IMG/VR virus record: IMGVR_UViG_3300020238_000002
Span: 6,898-70,897 of that record
Length of the DNA: 64,000 nucleotides
Direction: 5' to 3' (one strand)
From: a virus
Lineage: Duplodnaviria > Caudoviricetes
Part shown: piece after piece, positions 19,592 through 29,233 of the stretch
Position numbering within the stretch: the first letter of the stretch is position 1
Layout: the number at the start of each line of letters is the position of its first letter
The notes under the pieces: generated by a model
What the model was told of the DNA's origin: nothing
The model's input: only the letters and a program-made list of their open reading frames with translations
Database searches by the model: none
Made by a program: the position numbers and the translations under genes

Positions 19592-20743
19592 ATGAATAAA
19601 GTGATAGAAGAATTAATGAGAAAATACCCTAAAAAGGTTGAATTTACAGCTAAGATGATTAAAGAAGCTGCTGAAGCTATTGGTGAGAATCCAAGATCAG
19701 CTTATGTAAATATCAGATATACAAATAATGCACCTACGGTACGTCGCGGTGTATATAACTTAGAATCTATGATGCCAAAATCTGCTCGACCAGCAAAAGC
19801 TGCTCCTGAAATGGTTAAAGGTGTTGAATCAGTTTCAAATGACGAAGTCTTTGTTCCTGAGTTTGATCCTACTTTTGTCCCATGGGGCAACTTCTCTGAA
19901 ATTGTAAAAGTGCTTAAGTCAGGTATGTTTTATCCGACTTTTGTATCTGGTTTATCTGGTAATGGTAAGACATTCCAGATCGAACAAGCATGTGCTAAGC
20001 TTAATCGTGAATATGTACGTGTTCAGATTTCTCCTGAGACTGACGAAGATGATCTAATCGGTGGTTTTCGTCTGATCAAAGGTGAGACTGTTTTCCAAAA
20101 AGGTCCAGTCATCAAAGCTATGGAAGCTGGTGCTGTCCTTATGATTGACGAGATCGATCGTGGAACAAACAAAATTATGTGTTTACAAGGTGTGCTTGAA
20201 GGCAAACCAGTTCTGATCAAAAAGACTGGTGAAGTTGTTGAGCCTGCCGATGGTTTCAACGTGATTGCGACTGCAAACACAAAAGGTAAAGGTTCAGAGG
20301 ATGGACGTTACTCAGGAGCAACTATCATTGATGATGCTTTCCTAGAGCGTTTCACTATTACTCTTGAGCAGACTTTCCCTACTATGGCAACTGAAGAAAA
20401 AATTGTCATGAAGCATATGTCAAAGTTTGAAAAGGTTGACGAAGAATTTGCTAAGCTACTTGTTGGTTGGGCAGATGCTATTCGTAAGACTTTCTATGAT
20501 GAAGGTATTGACGAAGTTATTTCAACTCGTCGTTTGTGCCACATCGTTCAGACTTTCTCTATCTTCGGTAAGAGAGACAAAGCGATTGCTCTTTGTGTAA
20601 ACCGTTTTGATGATGACACTAAAGAAGCTTTCATAGATCTTTACGAGAAAGTTGATGCTACTATCAATGAGCCTCAGTTAACTGCTGATGAAGCCGAAGA
20701 TTCATTCTTTAGTAATCACGCTGATGAGTGGGAAGATGAATAA
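19592..20743 (+). CDS. MoxR/CobS-like AAA+ ATPase
   Basis: GLSGNGKT, DEDDLIGG, MIDEID, TANTKG, AFLERF, ISTRRL. Confidence 0.9.
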   Translation: MNKVIEELMRKYPKKVEFTAKMIKEAAEAIGENPRSAYVNIRYTNNAPTVRRGVYNLESMMPKSARPAKAAPEMVKGVESVSNDEVFVPEFDPTFVPWGNFSEIVKVLKSGMFYPTFVSGLSGNGKTFQIEQACAKLNREYVRVQISPETDEDDLIGGFRLIKGETVFQKGPVIKAMEAGAVLMIDEIDRGTNKIMCLQGVLEGKPVLIKKTGEVVEPADGFNVIATANTKGKGSEDGRYSGATIIDDAFLERFTITLEQTFPTMATEEKIVMKHMSKFEKVDEEFAKLLVGWADAIRKTFYDEGIDEVISTRRLCHIVQTFSIFGKRDKAIALCVNRFDDDTKEAFIDLYEKVDATINEPQLTADEAEDSFFSNHADEWEDE

Positions 20744-20744
20744 T

Positions 20745-20778
20745 CTGGCACACCAACTCGCCGCATCTGGACCAGTAA
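20745..20778 (+). repeat. Repeat family A 34-bp cassette, copy 2
   Basis: Identical to 19492-19525; TGATATAAT at 20804-20812. Confidence 0.9.
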
Positions 20779-20843
20779 ATAGTTGTACAACTGGTCCAAA
20801 ACGTGATATAATGTACACATAACGAATTAAAAAAGGAAATATT

Positions 20844-22994
20844 ATGAATTTATCAGCTCAAGAATACCTAGCCAAACTACTTGCCAAAGAGAACTTATCG
20901 GTTCAACATGGCAACTATTCTACAGCTAGTTTCGATGTTGAGAATAGAGTACTTCGTCTTCCTCTTTGGAAAGACAAAGGTAAAGACGTTTATGATCTTT
21001 TAGTTGGTCACGAAGTTGGCCATGCTCTTTATACTCCAGCTGATGGATGGCATGACTCTGAAAAGAAGATCGGTAAGATTCCACGTGCTTATCTTAACAT
21101 CGTTGAAGACATCCGCATTGAACGTAAGATCATGGAAACATATCCTGGTATCGTTCGTCGTTTCAAAGCAGGTTATAAAGTTCTTTTTGATGGTGATCTT
21201 TTTGGTACTAACGAGAGAGACATCAACAAGGCTGGACTTATGGACAGACTTAATGTTTCTTCAAAAGGCCGCGGTTATGTTCCAGTTGAATTCTCACATG
21301 AAGAATCTCCATTAGTTAAAGAAGCTATGGAAGTTGAAACATGGGATGACGTTGTCAATGTTTGTAAAAAATTATATGATTTCATCGAAGATCAAAAAGA
21401 TCAAGAAGAAGAAAAAGATGAAATGGATATGGATATGCCACCGATCAGTGATGAGGGTGAATCTCCTGAAGAGTCAGGTGAAACTCCTATCTCTGGTGAT
21501 GAGGAAAGCGATGATGCATCTGATGGTGAAGGTGATTCTGATGGTGAAGACGAATCAAAAGAAGATGTTCAAGCTGCTGATTCTAAAGAGGAAGAAGGTG
21601 ATGCTCATGAGACTTGGACTGAAAGCACTCAAAGAGAGCGTGAAGAAGATCTTCTTGAAAAAACTGAAGCAACTCAATATCAAAGAGCTGGTCAGCCACA
21701 ATACTCGAGCGGTGTTTCAAAAGAGAACTTAAAAAAGATTACATACTCTTATGCTGAAGCTAAAGAATTACGTGACGAGTGGTTAGCGAGGAACAAAGAA
21801 GATGCTCGTGGTTGGTCTGCTTATAATCACGAACCTTGCATGGAAGATTGGTCAGAGACTAAACAAACTTACAAGCAGCAAGCAAATCTTATGGCGAAAG
21901 ACTTCGAGCGTAAGAAAGCTGCATTTGAATATTCTCGTGCAACAACTGCTAAGTCTGGAAAATTAGATCCTTTAAAGCTTCATGCTTACAAAACTTCTGA
22001 GGATATTTTCCTAACTACTACTCAACTTGCTCAAGCTAAATCGCATGGCATAATGATGTTCCTTGATCTTTCTGGTTCTATGAATGAGATCATCGAAGAT
22101 GTTACTGCTCAAGCAATTACTATCGCAATGTTTTGTCGTCAAGTCAATATTCCTTTTGAAGCTTATTCATTTACTACTGTTTCATATTGGAGAAGTGATG
22201 CAAAAGAGCACGGTATGCGTGAGAGTGAAATGAATGATTCAGAGCTAAGTTCTGATGGTGTTAAAGTTGTTGAGATGTTCTCATCAAAGATGAATAAAAA
22301 AACTTTTGATGAAGCTGCTTATATTTCTTTCGCAGTTGCTAAAGCACATTCATACACTAGCAAACTTCCTTACCATATCTCTGGTCATTACTTACACCAG
22401 ATCGATGCTATGGGTTCAACTCCTCTTATTCAAACTGCAATTCTTGCAGCGAAGTTGACTAAAGCATTTACTAGTAAACATGCAATACAAAACACAAACA
22501 TCATGTTCCTAACTGATGGTTATCCTGATGGATTGAACATTTGCAGTGATTCAAAAGCAGATGTTATTACTTCTCGTGAAACTGTAGTTAACTTCGAAGG
22601 TAAGATGGTTCGAGGTCAAGGTGGTCGTCAGATCTATAAAAATGTTTTACTAAGACTTAAAGAGATAACTGGTGCAACTATCATGGGTTTCCACCTTGCG
22701 TATGACGCTTCTACTTTCGGTCAAGGGTATCACGATGTTGAAGAAAGTAAAGCCTTTCCTGATGTAATCAAAGGTTGGAGAAAACTTGGTTTTAGTGCTT
22801 GGAAAAATCAAAAAGGTTATGATGATTATTTCATTATCAAAATCAATCGTTCAGCAAGGTTTGACTCTGATGTGTTTGCTCCTAAAAAAGCTGACACAAT
22901 AAATGATCTTAAACGTGAGTTCAAGAAGTTTGCAAAGACTAAGAAAGGCAACAAGCAATTAGTCGGTAGGATCACTGATGCAGTAGCGGCATGA
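20844..22994 (+). CDS. Metallopeptidase-like (HEXXH) + acidic linker + VWA domain protein (CobT-like MoxR partner)
   Basis: HEVGH, NIVEDIRIE, DLSGSM (MIDAS), STPL, LTDG. Confidence 0.85.
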   Translation: MNLSAQEYLAKLLAKENLSVQHGNYSTASFDVENRVLRLPLWKDKGKDVYDLLVGHEVGHALYTPADGWHDSEKKIGKIPRAYLNIVEDIRIERKIMETYPGIVRRFKAGYKVLFDGDLFGTNERDINKAGLMDRLNVSSKGRGYVPVEFSHEESPLVKEAMEVETWDDVVNVCKKLYDFIEDQKDQEEEKDEMDMDMPPISDEGESPEESGETPISGDEESDDASDGEGDSDGEDESKEDVQAADSKEEEGDAHETWTESTQREREEDLLEKTEATQYQRAGQPQYSSGVSKENLKKITYSYAEAKELRDEWLARNKEDARGWSAYNHEPCMEDWSETKQTYKQQANLMAKDFERKKAAFEYSRATTAKSGKLDPLKLHAYKTSEDIFLTTTQLAQAKSHGIMMFLDLSGSMNEIIEDVTAQAITIAMFCRQVNIPFEAYSFTTVSYWRSDAKEHGMRESEMNDSELSSDGVKVVEMFSSKMNKKTFDEAAYISFAVAKAHSYTSKLPYHISGHYLHQIDAMGSTPLIQTAILAAKLTKAFTSKHAIQNTNIMFLTDGYPDGLNICSDSKADVITSRETVVNFEGKMVRGQGGRQIYKNVLLRLKEITGATIMGFHLAYDASTFGQGYHDVEESKAFPDVIKGWRKLGFSAWKNQKGYDDYFIIKINRSARFDSDVFAPKKADTINDLKREFKKFAKTKKGNKQLVGRITDAVAA

Positions 22995-24064
22995 AGAAGC
23001 TCATTGCTCTTTTTACTCTCGCTGCTCTCAGTGTTCAAGCAAACCAAAATACTTGGGATTATCCCTTATTTGATTTTGATAGATTTGAGATTGAAAAGTC
23101 TCAAGACTATTATAAATTTCAATCAAGTCTAAGAAAAGATCAAGATGTTTTAGACGAGTTTAATAATTCTGGAATTCTGAGCTATCTATTATTTGAGAAC
23201 AATAAAATTGTAATAGATGAAAATAAATATTATTCTTTGGTTGGTGATGGTCCATTACCCTCACATTCAATGGGTAAAAGTTTAGTATCATATGTTACCG
23301 GACACGCAATTTGTAATGGCCATATTACTAGTGTTGATGAAAAGCTTAATTGGGATTTACTTCACAATACTCTGTATTATGGTCAACCGCTAATTAATCT
23401 TTTAAATATGACAGCGGGAGATCAAAAATATGTTGGTACTTACCATTATCCAAAGAATGATAATCTATTAAAGTATTCGAATATTAATTCAAATATTCAT
23501 AGTCTTAAATTTATAATGGATTCAGATCTGAATAACACCAGAAAAGAGAGAGAAGTTTATAATTATAGTGCTCTTACTACTAATATCATATTTAATTATG
23601 TATTGCATAAAAGCGGTGATGATATATTAGATAAAGTTTTTAATGAGCATGTGAAAGTAAAGAACAATGTGTATTTTACAAAAACACGTATAGGCGAAGA
23701 TCAATCTGCGCGTTATAGTTTTTATGCAGATAGGTATGATTATTTGCGAATAGCTAAAACTATAATGGATGACTGGAATAGTAATAGCTGTATTGGCAAT
23801 TATCTAAGAACAATACACGATAGAAGGATTGCAAAAGGACAAGGATATAAAAATAGAAAAAAGGCAATTCATAGCTATACAACAAGCTATGGAGGTCAAT
23901 TTCATTTTGATGTTTTTGGTTTAAGTCAAACGCTTATTGGCTTAGATGGATTTGCAGGTCAAAATATTTTAATTGATGTGGACAATGAAAAAATAGTAGT
24001 AATCAATTCAAAATATGAAGACTATGATTGGGCAGAAATTGTTTATGAAAAGTATGTACATTAA
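22991..24064 (+). CDS. Secreted serine hydrolase, beta-lactamase/AmpC-like family
   Basis: Signal peptide, SMGK (SxxK), LLNMTAG, YNYS, GFAGQ. Confidence 0.8.
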   Translation: MKKLIALFTLAALSVQANQNTWDYPLFDFDRFEIEKSQDYYKFQSSLRKDQDVLDEFNNSGILSYLLFENNKIVIDENKYYSLVGDGPLPSHSMGKSLVSYVTGHAICNGHITSVDEKLNWDLLHNTLYYGQPLINLLNMTAGDQKYVGTYHYPKNDNLLKYSNINSNIHSLKFIMDSDLNNTRKEREVYNYSALTTNIIFNYVLHKSGDDILDKVFNEHVKVKNNVYFTKTRIGEDQSARYSFYADRYDYLRIAKTIMDDWNSNSCIGNYLRTIHDRRIAKGQGYKNRKKAIHSYTTSYGGQFHFDVFGLSQTLIGLDGFAGQNILIDVDNEKIVVINSKYEDYDWAEIVYEKYVH

Positions 24065-24082
24065 GCAATTACGTGATATAAT
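24053..24082 (+). promoter_or_regulatory. TATGTAC-N17-TATAAT promoter
   Basis: Motif copy with extended -10 TG. Confidence 0.8.
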
Positions 24083-24107
24083 AATACCATAATGAAAAAG
24101 GACCTAT

Positions 24108-24386
24108 ATGAAATTTAATGAATTAGAAAACATCCAGGAATTGACAGCGTACGTTGAGAGCACTTACTCTAAACATTATGCTGCTCCGAATGGTGTACAA
24201 AGTATGGATCTAATCTCTGCTTCTGGCTTAGGATTAGATTTTTGTCTTGGCAATGTATTAAAGTATGCGTCAAGATATGGTAAAAAGAACGGAGCAAATC
24301 GTGAAGATCTTATGAAGATCATGCACTATACTCTATTGGCAATAAACGAACACGACTTAAAGGAGTCTAATAATGAGCTTGATTGA
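24108..24386 (+). CDS. DUF3310-like protein
   Basis: TYSKHY, FCLGNVLKYASRYGKK, DLMKIMHY. Confidence 0.8.
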   Translation: MKFNELENIQELTAYVESTYSKHYAAPNGVQSMDLISASGLGLDFCLGNVLKYASRYGKKNGANREDLMKIMHYTLLAINEHDLKESNNELD

Positions 24387-24657
24387 AAAAATGCACGAAG
24401 TAGAAATTTGGCACGCGGAAAGAGGAACAACACTCGCAGCACAAGGTCTTCCTGAAGAATGGAAACCTGGTATTGTATTTTGGTTTATGACATTAATAAC
24501 ATGGGGTGTTTGGTACTTGTTTAATAGAAGTTGGTATGATCGTGAAAACGAAAGACGACTTGCCGAATGGGTAGAGATCCAATACCTTGCAATTCAGCAA
24601 ATCAAGCATGAAGAAAAATTGGATGATATAGCACGAACTAAAGCGGAGGCAGTGTGA
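24373..24657 (+). CDS. Hypothetical membrane protein
   Basis: Single TM segment; AAGGAG RBS. Confidence 0.6.
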   Translation: MSLIEKMHEVEIWHAERGTTLAAQGLPEEWKPGIVFWFMTLITWGVWYLFNRSWYDRENERRLAEWVEIQYLAIQQIKHEEKLDDIARTKAEAV

Positions 24658-25346
24658 AACTTAGTAATGAAATAAAAGATGTATTGAGCAACTTCCAAGG
24701 GATCAATAGTAATATTGCTCTTGGTGAAGACAATGGTGTTATTCGAACCATGTCTACTTCTAAAACACTTATGGCAAAGGCAAACTTAAAGTTTGAATCG
24801 CCATATCCATTTGGCATTTATGACTTAAGTGAATTTATAGCTTGTCTTAATATGTTTGATGATCCTACATTGTCATTTGATGATGATAAAAAGTTTGTTA
24901 AAATTACTGATGGTGTCACATCATTCCAATATTACTTTTCGGATATCGACATCCTAACAGTCCCAACAAACGATATTAATCTTGATTGCAAAGATCTGCA
25001 ATTTACTCTTACTGACGAAGAGTTAAACAAGTTGCGCAAAGCATCTTCTACTCTAAAGACCAGTCAATTGAGTGTAAGAAAAACATCTATGGGTGGAGAA
25101 TTTATTGAATGTATTGTTGTTGATAAACAAAATCCAACATCAAACCAATTCACAATGAATATTGCAAATTGCAGTATAAATACAAATGCAGAGTTTGATT
25201 GTGTTTTTGATATAAACAATTTCAAATTTAAACCTGCTGCTGAATATGTCTTCGGAATAGACAAAAAGCAGGTTGCATTGATAAAGGCCGGCAACACAGA
25301 TTACTGGGTTGCTCTAGACAAAACTACAACATTTAAGGAATCATAA
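24654..25346 (+). CDS. gp45: Sliding clamp (T4 gp45)
   Basis: LSNFQGINSNI, FGIYDLSEF, YWVALD; synteny. Confidence 0.93.
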   Translation: MKLSNEIKDVLSNFQGINSNIALGEDNGVIRTMSTSKTLMAKANLKFESPYPFGIYDLSEFIACLNMFDDPTLSFDDDKKFVKITDGVTSFQYYFSDIDILTVPTNDINLDCKDLQFTLTDEELNKLRKASSTLKTSQLSVRKTSMGGEFIECIVVDKQNPTSNQFTMNIANCSINTNAEFDCVFDINNFKFKPAAEYVFGIDKKQVALIKAGNTDYWVALDKTTTFKES

Positions 25347-25609
25347 TGGCAAAGAAAGATAAAGCGACTGAAGCTGAAGCTCCAACGACTGAAACTGTAG
25401 AAGCATCACCTGTGCCTCAGGGGCAGGGACTTAACCTAAGTGACATTCGTGCTTGTGTTAGTATAATCGATATAGTAACGAAGCGCGGTGCGTTTGAAGG
25501 CGTTGAGTTATCAGATGTTGGTGCAGTACGTAACCGTTTAGCTGGTTTTCTACAAGCAGCAGATGAAGCTCAAGCTGCTAAAGTATCAGAAGAAACTAAA
25601 GCTGAGTAA
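25346..25609 (+). CDS. Hypothetical protein
   Basis: IIDIVTKRGAFEGVEL motif; coupled ORF. Confidence 0.65.
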   Translation: MAKKDKATEAEAPTTETVEASPVPQGQGLNLSDIRACVSIIDIVTKRGAFEGVELSDVGAVRNRLAGFLQAADEAQAAKVSEETKAE

Positions 25610-25610
25610 G

Positions 25611-25640
25611 TATGTACTTTTAACTAAAGCATGGTATAAT
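25611..25640 (+). promoter_or_regulatory. TATGTAC-N17-TATAAT promoter upstream of gp44
   Basis: Motif copy. Confidence 0.8.
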
Positions 25641-25665
25641 AATATCATGCTTATTATATTATGAG

Positions 25666-26601
25666 GTGTATGTGAAAGAATTTTTATTCGTAGAAAAGTA
25701 TAGACCGCAAACAATCCAGGAGTGTATTCTCCCTGATGACTTAAAGGAAACTTTCCAGAAAATAGTCGATAAGGGAGAACTTCCTAATATGATGTTTACA
25801 GGTTCAGCTGGTGTAGGTAAGACTACAGTAGCTAAAGCAATGTGTAACGAATTAGGTCTTGACTATATGTTAATCAATGGATCAGAGGATGGTAACATTG
25901 ATACATTACGTGGTAAGATCAAACAATTTGCAAGTACTATATCATTACAAGGCGGACAAAAAGTAGTCATCCTCGACGAGGCTGATTATCTTAATCCACA
26001 ATCTACACAACCAGCTCTTCGTGGATTCATTGAAGAGTTTTCTGGTAATTGTAGATTTATTCTTACTTGTAATTTTAAGAATCGTATAATAGATCCTCTA
26101 CATTCAAGATGTTCTATATACGAATTTAATTTAGGAAACAAGGCAAAGATGGCGCAGGCATTTATGTCTAGACTTCAGTTTATCCTTGATTCCGAACATA
26201 TCATATATGACAATGCAGTAATTGCAGAACTCATTATGAAATATATACCAGACTGGAGACGTGTCATCAATGAATGTCAAAGGTATGGAATGAGTGGTCA
26301 CATTGATACTGGAATACTTGTTACTCTATCTGAGTCAAGTATAAACGGATTGATGGAAGACCTAAAGACAAAAAACTTTAAGAAGATGCGTAAATGGGTA
26401 ACAGATAACATTGACGTAGAATCGGCAAAGTTATTTAGAATGATTTATGATAATATGTCAGAGTATGTTGAACCTTCAAGTATTCCTCAGTTAGTTTTAA
26501 TACTTGCAGACTATTCTTACAAAGATAGCTTTGTAGCAGATCATGAATTGAATGTAGTGGCATGTATGACTGAGATCATGTCTCAAATAAACTTTAAATA
26601 G
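25666..26601 (+). CDS. gp44: Clamp loader large subunit (T4 gp44)
   Basis: VEKYRP, GSAGVGKTT, ILDEAD, PLHSRC. Confidence 0.96.
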   Translation: MYVKEFLFVEKYRPQTIQECILPDDLKETFQKIVDKGELPNMMFTGSAGVGKTTVAKAMCNELGLDYMLINGSEDGNIDTLRGKIKQFASTISLQGGQKVVILDEADYLNPQSTQPALRGFIEEFSGNCRFILTCNFKNRIIDPLHSRCSIYEFNLGNKAKMAQAFMSRLQFILDSEHIIYDNAVIAELIMKYIPDWRRVINECQRYGMSGHIDTGILVTLSESSINGLMEDLKTKNFKKMRKWVTDNIDVESAKLFRMIYDNMSEYVEPSSIPQLVLILADYSYKDSFVADHELNVVACMTEIMSQINFK

Positions 26602-26611
26602 GAGAATCGAT

Positions 26612-26758
26612 ATGGAATTGACGAGTCTACAAAAACTACCTACCTTAACTGAATTATTTTTCGGTAAGGGTATAGACCCAGCAACTGACAAACCTTTTAA
26701 AAAGCCAGCGAAAGCTGCAGAGAAAAAGGTTGTCTCGAAGAAAAAATTGGAGCAATAA
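26612..26758 (+). CDS. Small basic hypothetical protein (48 aa, not in ORF track)
   Basis: AGGAG RBS; MELTSLQKLPTLTELFFGKG...KKKLEQ. Confidence 0.5.
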   Translation: MELTSLQKLPTLTELFFGKGIDPATDKPFKKPAKAAEKKVVSKKKLEQ

Positions 26759-26899
26759 ATGGTAGAGTCACTGGCAGATTACGCATCAATTATTGCAGCA
26801 TTAGCTATGGTTAATGTTGTATGGCAATTAGAAAGGGCTAGTAAATTATTACAAGCCATGAGCAGACTTTTAGCGGAGGCAGTAGCAGAACATGACTAA
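26759..26899 (+). CDS. Small hydrophobic hypothetical protein (46 aa, not in ORF track)
   Basis: GGAG RBS; MVESLADYASIIAALAMVNVVWQLER... Confidence 0.45.
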   Translation: MVESLADYASIIAALAMVNVVWQLERASKLLQAMSRLLAEAVAEHD

Positions 26900-27251
26900 A
26901 TACAGTAATGTAACACCTTACAGAGAAACTAATAATTTCTTTGCATCACCAACTCTATATGAAAATATTATAGAGTTTTTACATGATGAAATTATTGAAG
27001 TATCGTTTTATAAAAAAGATGGTACTGAACGTGTAATGAAATGTACACTAAAACAGGATCTAATTCCAAAATCTGCATTTGCGAATGTACGTGAAGACTT
27101 TGGTCCAGGTAAACCAGCCATTGGTACTGATGAAGAAGAACCATCAACCAGAGCAAATATTAATGTATGGTCGGTTGAAGATAAAGGATGGAGATCATTT
27201 ATAGTTGATAATGTTAAATATATAAAGACTAATTTAGATGAATCCGTTTGA
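26892..27251 (+). CDS. WYL-like / SH3-fold phage protein
   Basis: VSFYKKDGTERVMKCTL...VWSVEDKGWRSF. Confidence 0.75.
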   Translation: MTKYSNVTPYRETNNFFASPTLYENIIEFLHDEIIEVSFYKKDGTERVMKCTLKQDLIPKSAFANVREDFGPGKPAIGTDEEEPSTRANINVWSVEDKGWRSFIVDNVKYIKTNLDESV

Positions 27252-27609
27252 ATTAATTAAATCTATATCCTCTACAAAAAAGGATATACTGGAAAATGAG
27301 AAAGACTACAATGCCTTTATGGTGAATCGTGGTCTTTCGTATTTTCCTGATACTGTGATATACGCTAATGAAATGAATAAGTTTCACCACTTGGATAGCC
27401 GCCTACAGTATCATTTTCTTATAAATACTATTAGAAAACGTAATCGTTTTTCTAAGTGGAATAAATCTATTGAATCTGAAAATATCAATGCTATAAAAGA
27501 ATATTATGGTTATAGCAATGAAAAAGCTCGTGATGTACTTCCGCTTTTAAGTAATGACAAACTCAAAACTTTAAGAGGAAGAATACAGCATGGCGGAATT
27601 CAACGATGA
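27238..27609 (+). CDS. gp62: Clamp loader small subunit (T4 gp62)
   Basis: YNAFMVNRGLSYFPDT, RKRNRFSKW, IKEYYGYSNEKA. Confidence 0.93.
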   Translation: MNPFELIKSISSTKKDILENEKDYNAFMVNRGLSYFPDTVIYANEMNKFHHLDSRLQYHFLINTIRKRNRFSKWNKSIESENINAIKEYYGYSNEKARDVLPLLSNDKLKTLRGRIQHGGIQR

Positions 27610-28000
27610 ACTGGTAAATTGGAAACCAGAGATGATGTTAGAGGTTACACTGGCGGAGCCAGATGATTTTTTAAAAATACGTGAGACCCTCACCAGAATA
27701 GGCGTTGCATCAAAGAAAGACAACAAATTATATCAATCATGCCATATACTACATAAACAAGGCAGATATTTCATAACCCATTTTAAAGAACTATTCTTAT
27801 TAGACGGTAAGCCTTCTAATCTTACAGAGAATGATCTTAAACGTAGAAATACTATTGTCAAATTAATGGATGATTGGGGATTACTTACTACAGTTGCTCC
27901 TATTGGAGAAACAGCAGCATTAAATCAAATTAAAATTATATCTCATAAAGATAAAAATGATTGGGAATTATGTCCCAAATATAATATAGGTATTAAGTAA
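27590..28000 (+). CDS. regA: Translational repressor RegA
   Basis: DDFLKIRETLTRIGVAS, LYQSCHILHKQGRY, HFKELF. Confidence 0.97.
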   Translation: MAEFNDELVNWKPEMMLEVTLAEPDDFLKIRETLTRIGVASKKDNKLYQSCHILHKQGRYFITHFKELFLLDGKPSNLTENDLKRRNTIVKLMDDWGLLTTVAPIGETAALNQIKIISHKDKNDWELCPKYNIGIK

Positions 28001-28006
28001 TACCTG

Positions 28007-28014
28007 TATAAATA
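28007..28014 (+). promoter_or_regulatory. Late promoter TATAAATA upstream of hsp20
   Basis: Exact match, followed by a GAAA-loop hairpin at 28020-28040. Confidence 0.65.
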
Positions 28015-28074
28015 AAACTGAATATGCCGAAAGGGTATTCGTTTTTTTAACCTTGCTATATATAGGAGGTCAAT

Positions 28075-28533
28075 ATGACAAACTTAGCATTTACAAACTT
28101 CCCAAGGGATACATTCTTGGGATTCGATCAACTTTTTAACACATTACAAAATACTACATTCGAGGCCGGTCGTGGTCAAGGATATCCCCCGTATAATGTA
28201 ATTAAAAGGGATGATGGTCACTTTCTAATTGAAATTGCTGTTGCGGGATTTAAGAAGGAAGACATTGATTTAACACTTGAGAAAGGTGTTTTAACAATTG
28301 CCGGTAAGAAACAATCTGGTACAGACACTAGAGAGTATGCTCACCGTGGTATTTCTCAAAGAGCGTTTGAGCGTTCATTTACTTTAGCTGACACACTCAA
28401 AGTTGTTGGTGCCGATATTGTAGATGGAATGCTTGTTGTTATTTTGGAGAACAATATTCCAGAAGAGGACAAGCCTCAAACTATTAATTTAGGTGACCTG
28501 CCGAAATCAGCCAAAAGGTTGTTACTAGGCTAA
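28075..28533 (+). CDS. hsp20: Small heat shock protein (IbpA/Hsp20)
   Basis: GFDQLF, YPPYNV, IEIAVAGF, HRGISQRAFERSFTL. Confidence 0.95.
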   Translation: MTNLAFTNFPRDTFLGFDQLFNTLQNTTFEAGRGQGYPPYNVIKRDDGHFLIEIAVAGFKKEDIDLTLEKGVLTIAGKKQSGTDTREYAHRGISQRAFERSFTLADTLKVVGADIVDGMLVVILENNIPEEDKPQTINLGDLPKSAKRLLLG

Positions 28534-28549
28534 AATACTAAGGAGCACT

Positions 28550-28945
28550 ATGGCATATTCAGATCAAGTTTTAGATCATTACAATAACCCACGCAATGTG
28601 GGTAAGATGGATATGAAAGATCCAAATGTGGGAACTGGTATGGTAGGTGCTCCTGCTTGTGGCGATGTTATGAAATTACAAATACGTATAGAAGATGACA
28701 TAGTCACAGATGCAAAATTCAAAACATATGGTTGCGGATCAGCAATTGCTTCAAGCTCATTATTAACAGAATGGGTGAAAGGTAAAACAATACATCAAGT
28801 AGAAGAAATTAAAAATACTGAAATTGTTGAAGAGCTTAATCTGCCTCCTGTCAAAATCCACTGTAGCGTATTAGCAGAAGATGCTATTAAAACTGCAGTA
28901 AAAGATTATATAACTAAACAAAAAACCAATAAGGAACACAGATGA
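28550..28945 (+). CDS. iscU: Fe-S cluster scaffold IscU
   Basis: MAYSDQVLDHYNNPRNVG, GAPACGDVM, KTYGCGSAIASSS, LPPVKIHCS. Confidence 0.97.
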   Translation: MAYSDQVLDHYNNPRNVGKMDMKDPNVGTGMVGAPACGDVMKLQIRIEDDIVTDAKFKTYGCGSAIASSSLLTEWVKGKTIHQVEEIKNTEIVEELNLPPVKIHCSVLAEDAIKTAVKDYITKQKTNKEHR

Positions 28946-29232
28946 ATGGAATTAGATTAGTTCGACTTACGTCGGGTGAAGAGTTATTATGTAAAAAAAC
29001 AAATGAATCAGGTCAAACAATAACGGTAACAGATGTTGTAGCGTTAGTGCCTACAGAAGATAGATTAGGATTTATGCCTTATTTACCTTACGCTGAAATA
29101 GAACAACTAGTTATTAAAAAAGATCATATCATGTTTGATTTAACCCCAACAAAAGAATTAGCGGCACAGCATATAGCTATGCATAACGATTCAAATATAG
29201 TTACACCAGAAAAACCACAAATAGTAGTTTAA
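28942..29232 (+). CDS. Conserved T4-like hypothetical protein (RLTSGEE motif)
   Basis: LVRLTSGEELL...GFMPYLPY. Confidence 0.65.
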   Translation: MNGIRLVRLTSGEELLCKKTNESGQTITVTDVVALVPTEDRLGFMPYLPYAEIEQLVIKKDHIMFDLTPTKELAAQHIAMHNDSNIVTPEKPQIVV

Positions 29233-29233
29233 G

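Noticed and set aside
19592-22994. Cobalamin biosynthesis (cobS/cobT)
   Set aside because: There is no cobN or other cob gene; a generic MoxR-VWA pair is the better reading.
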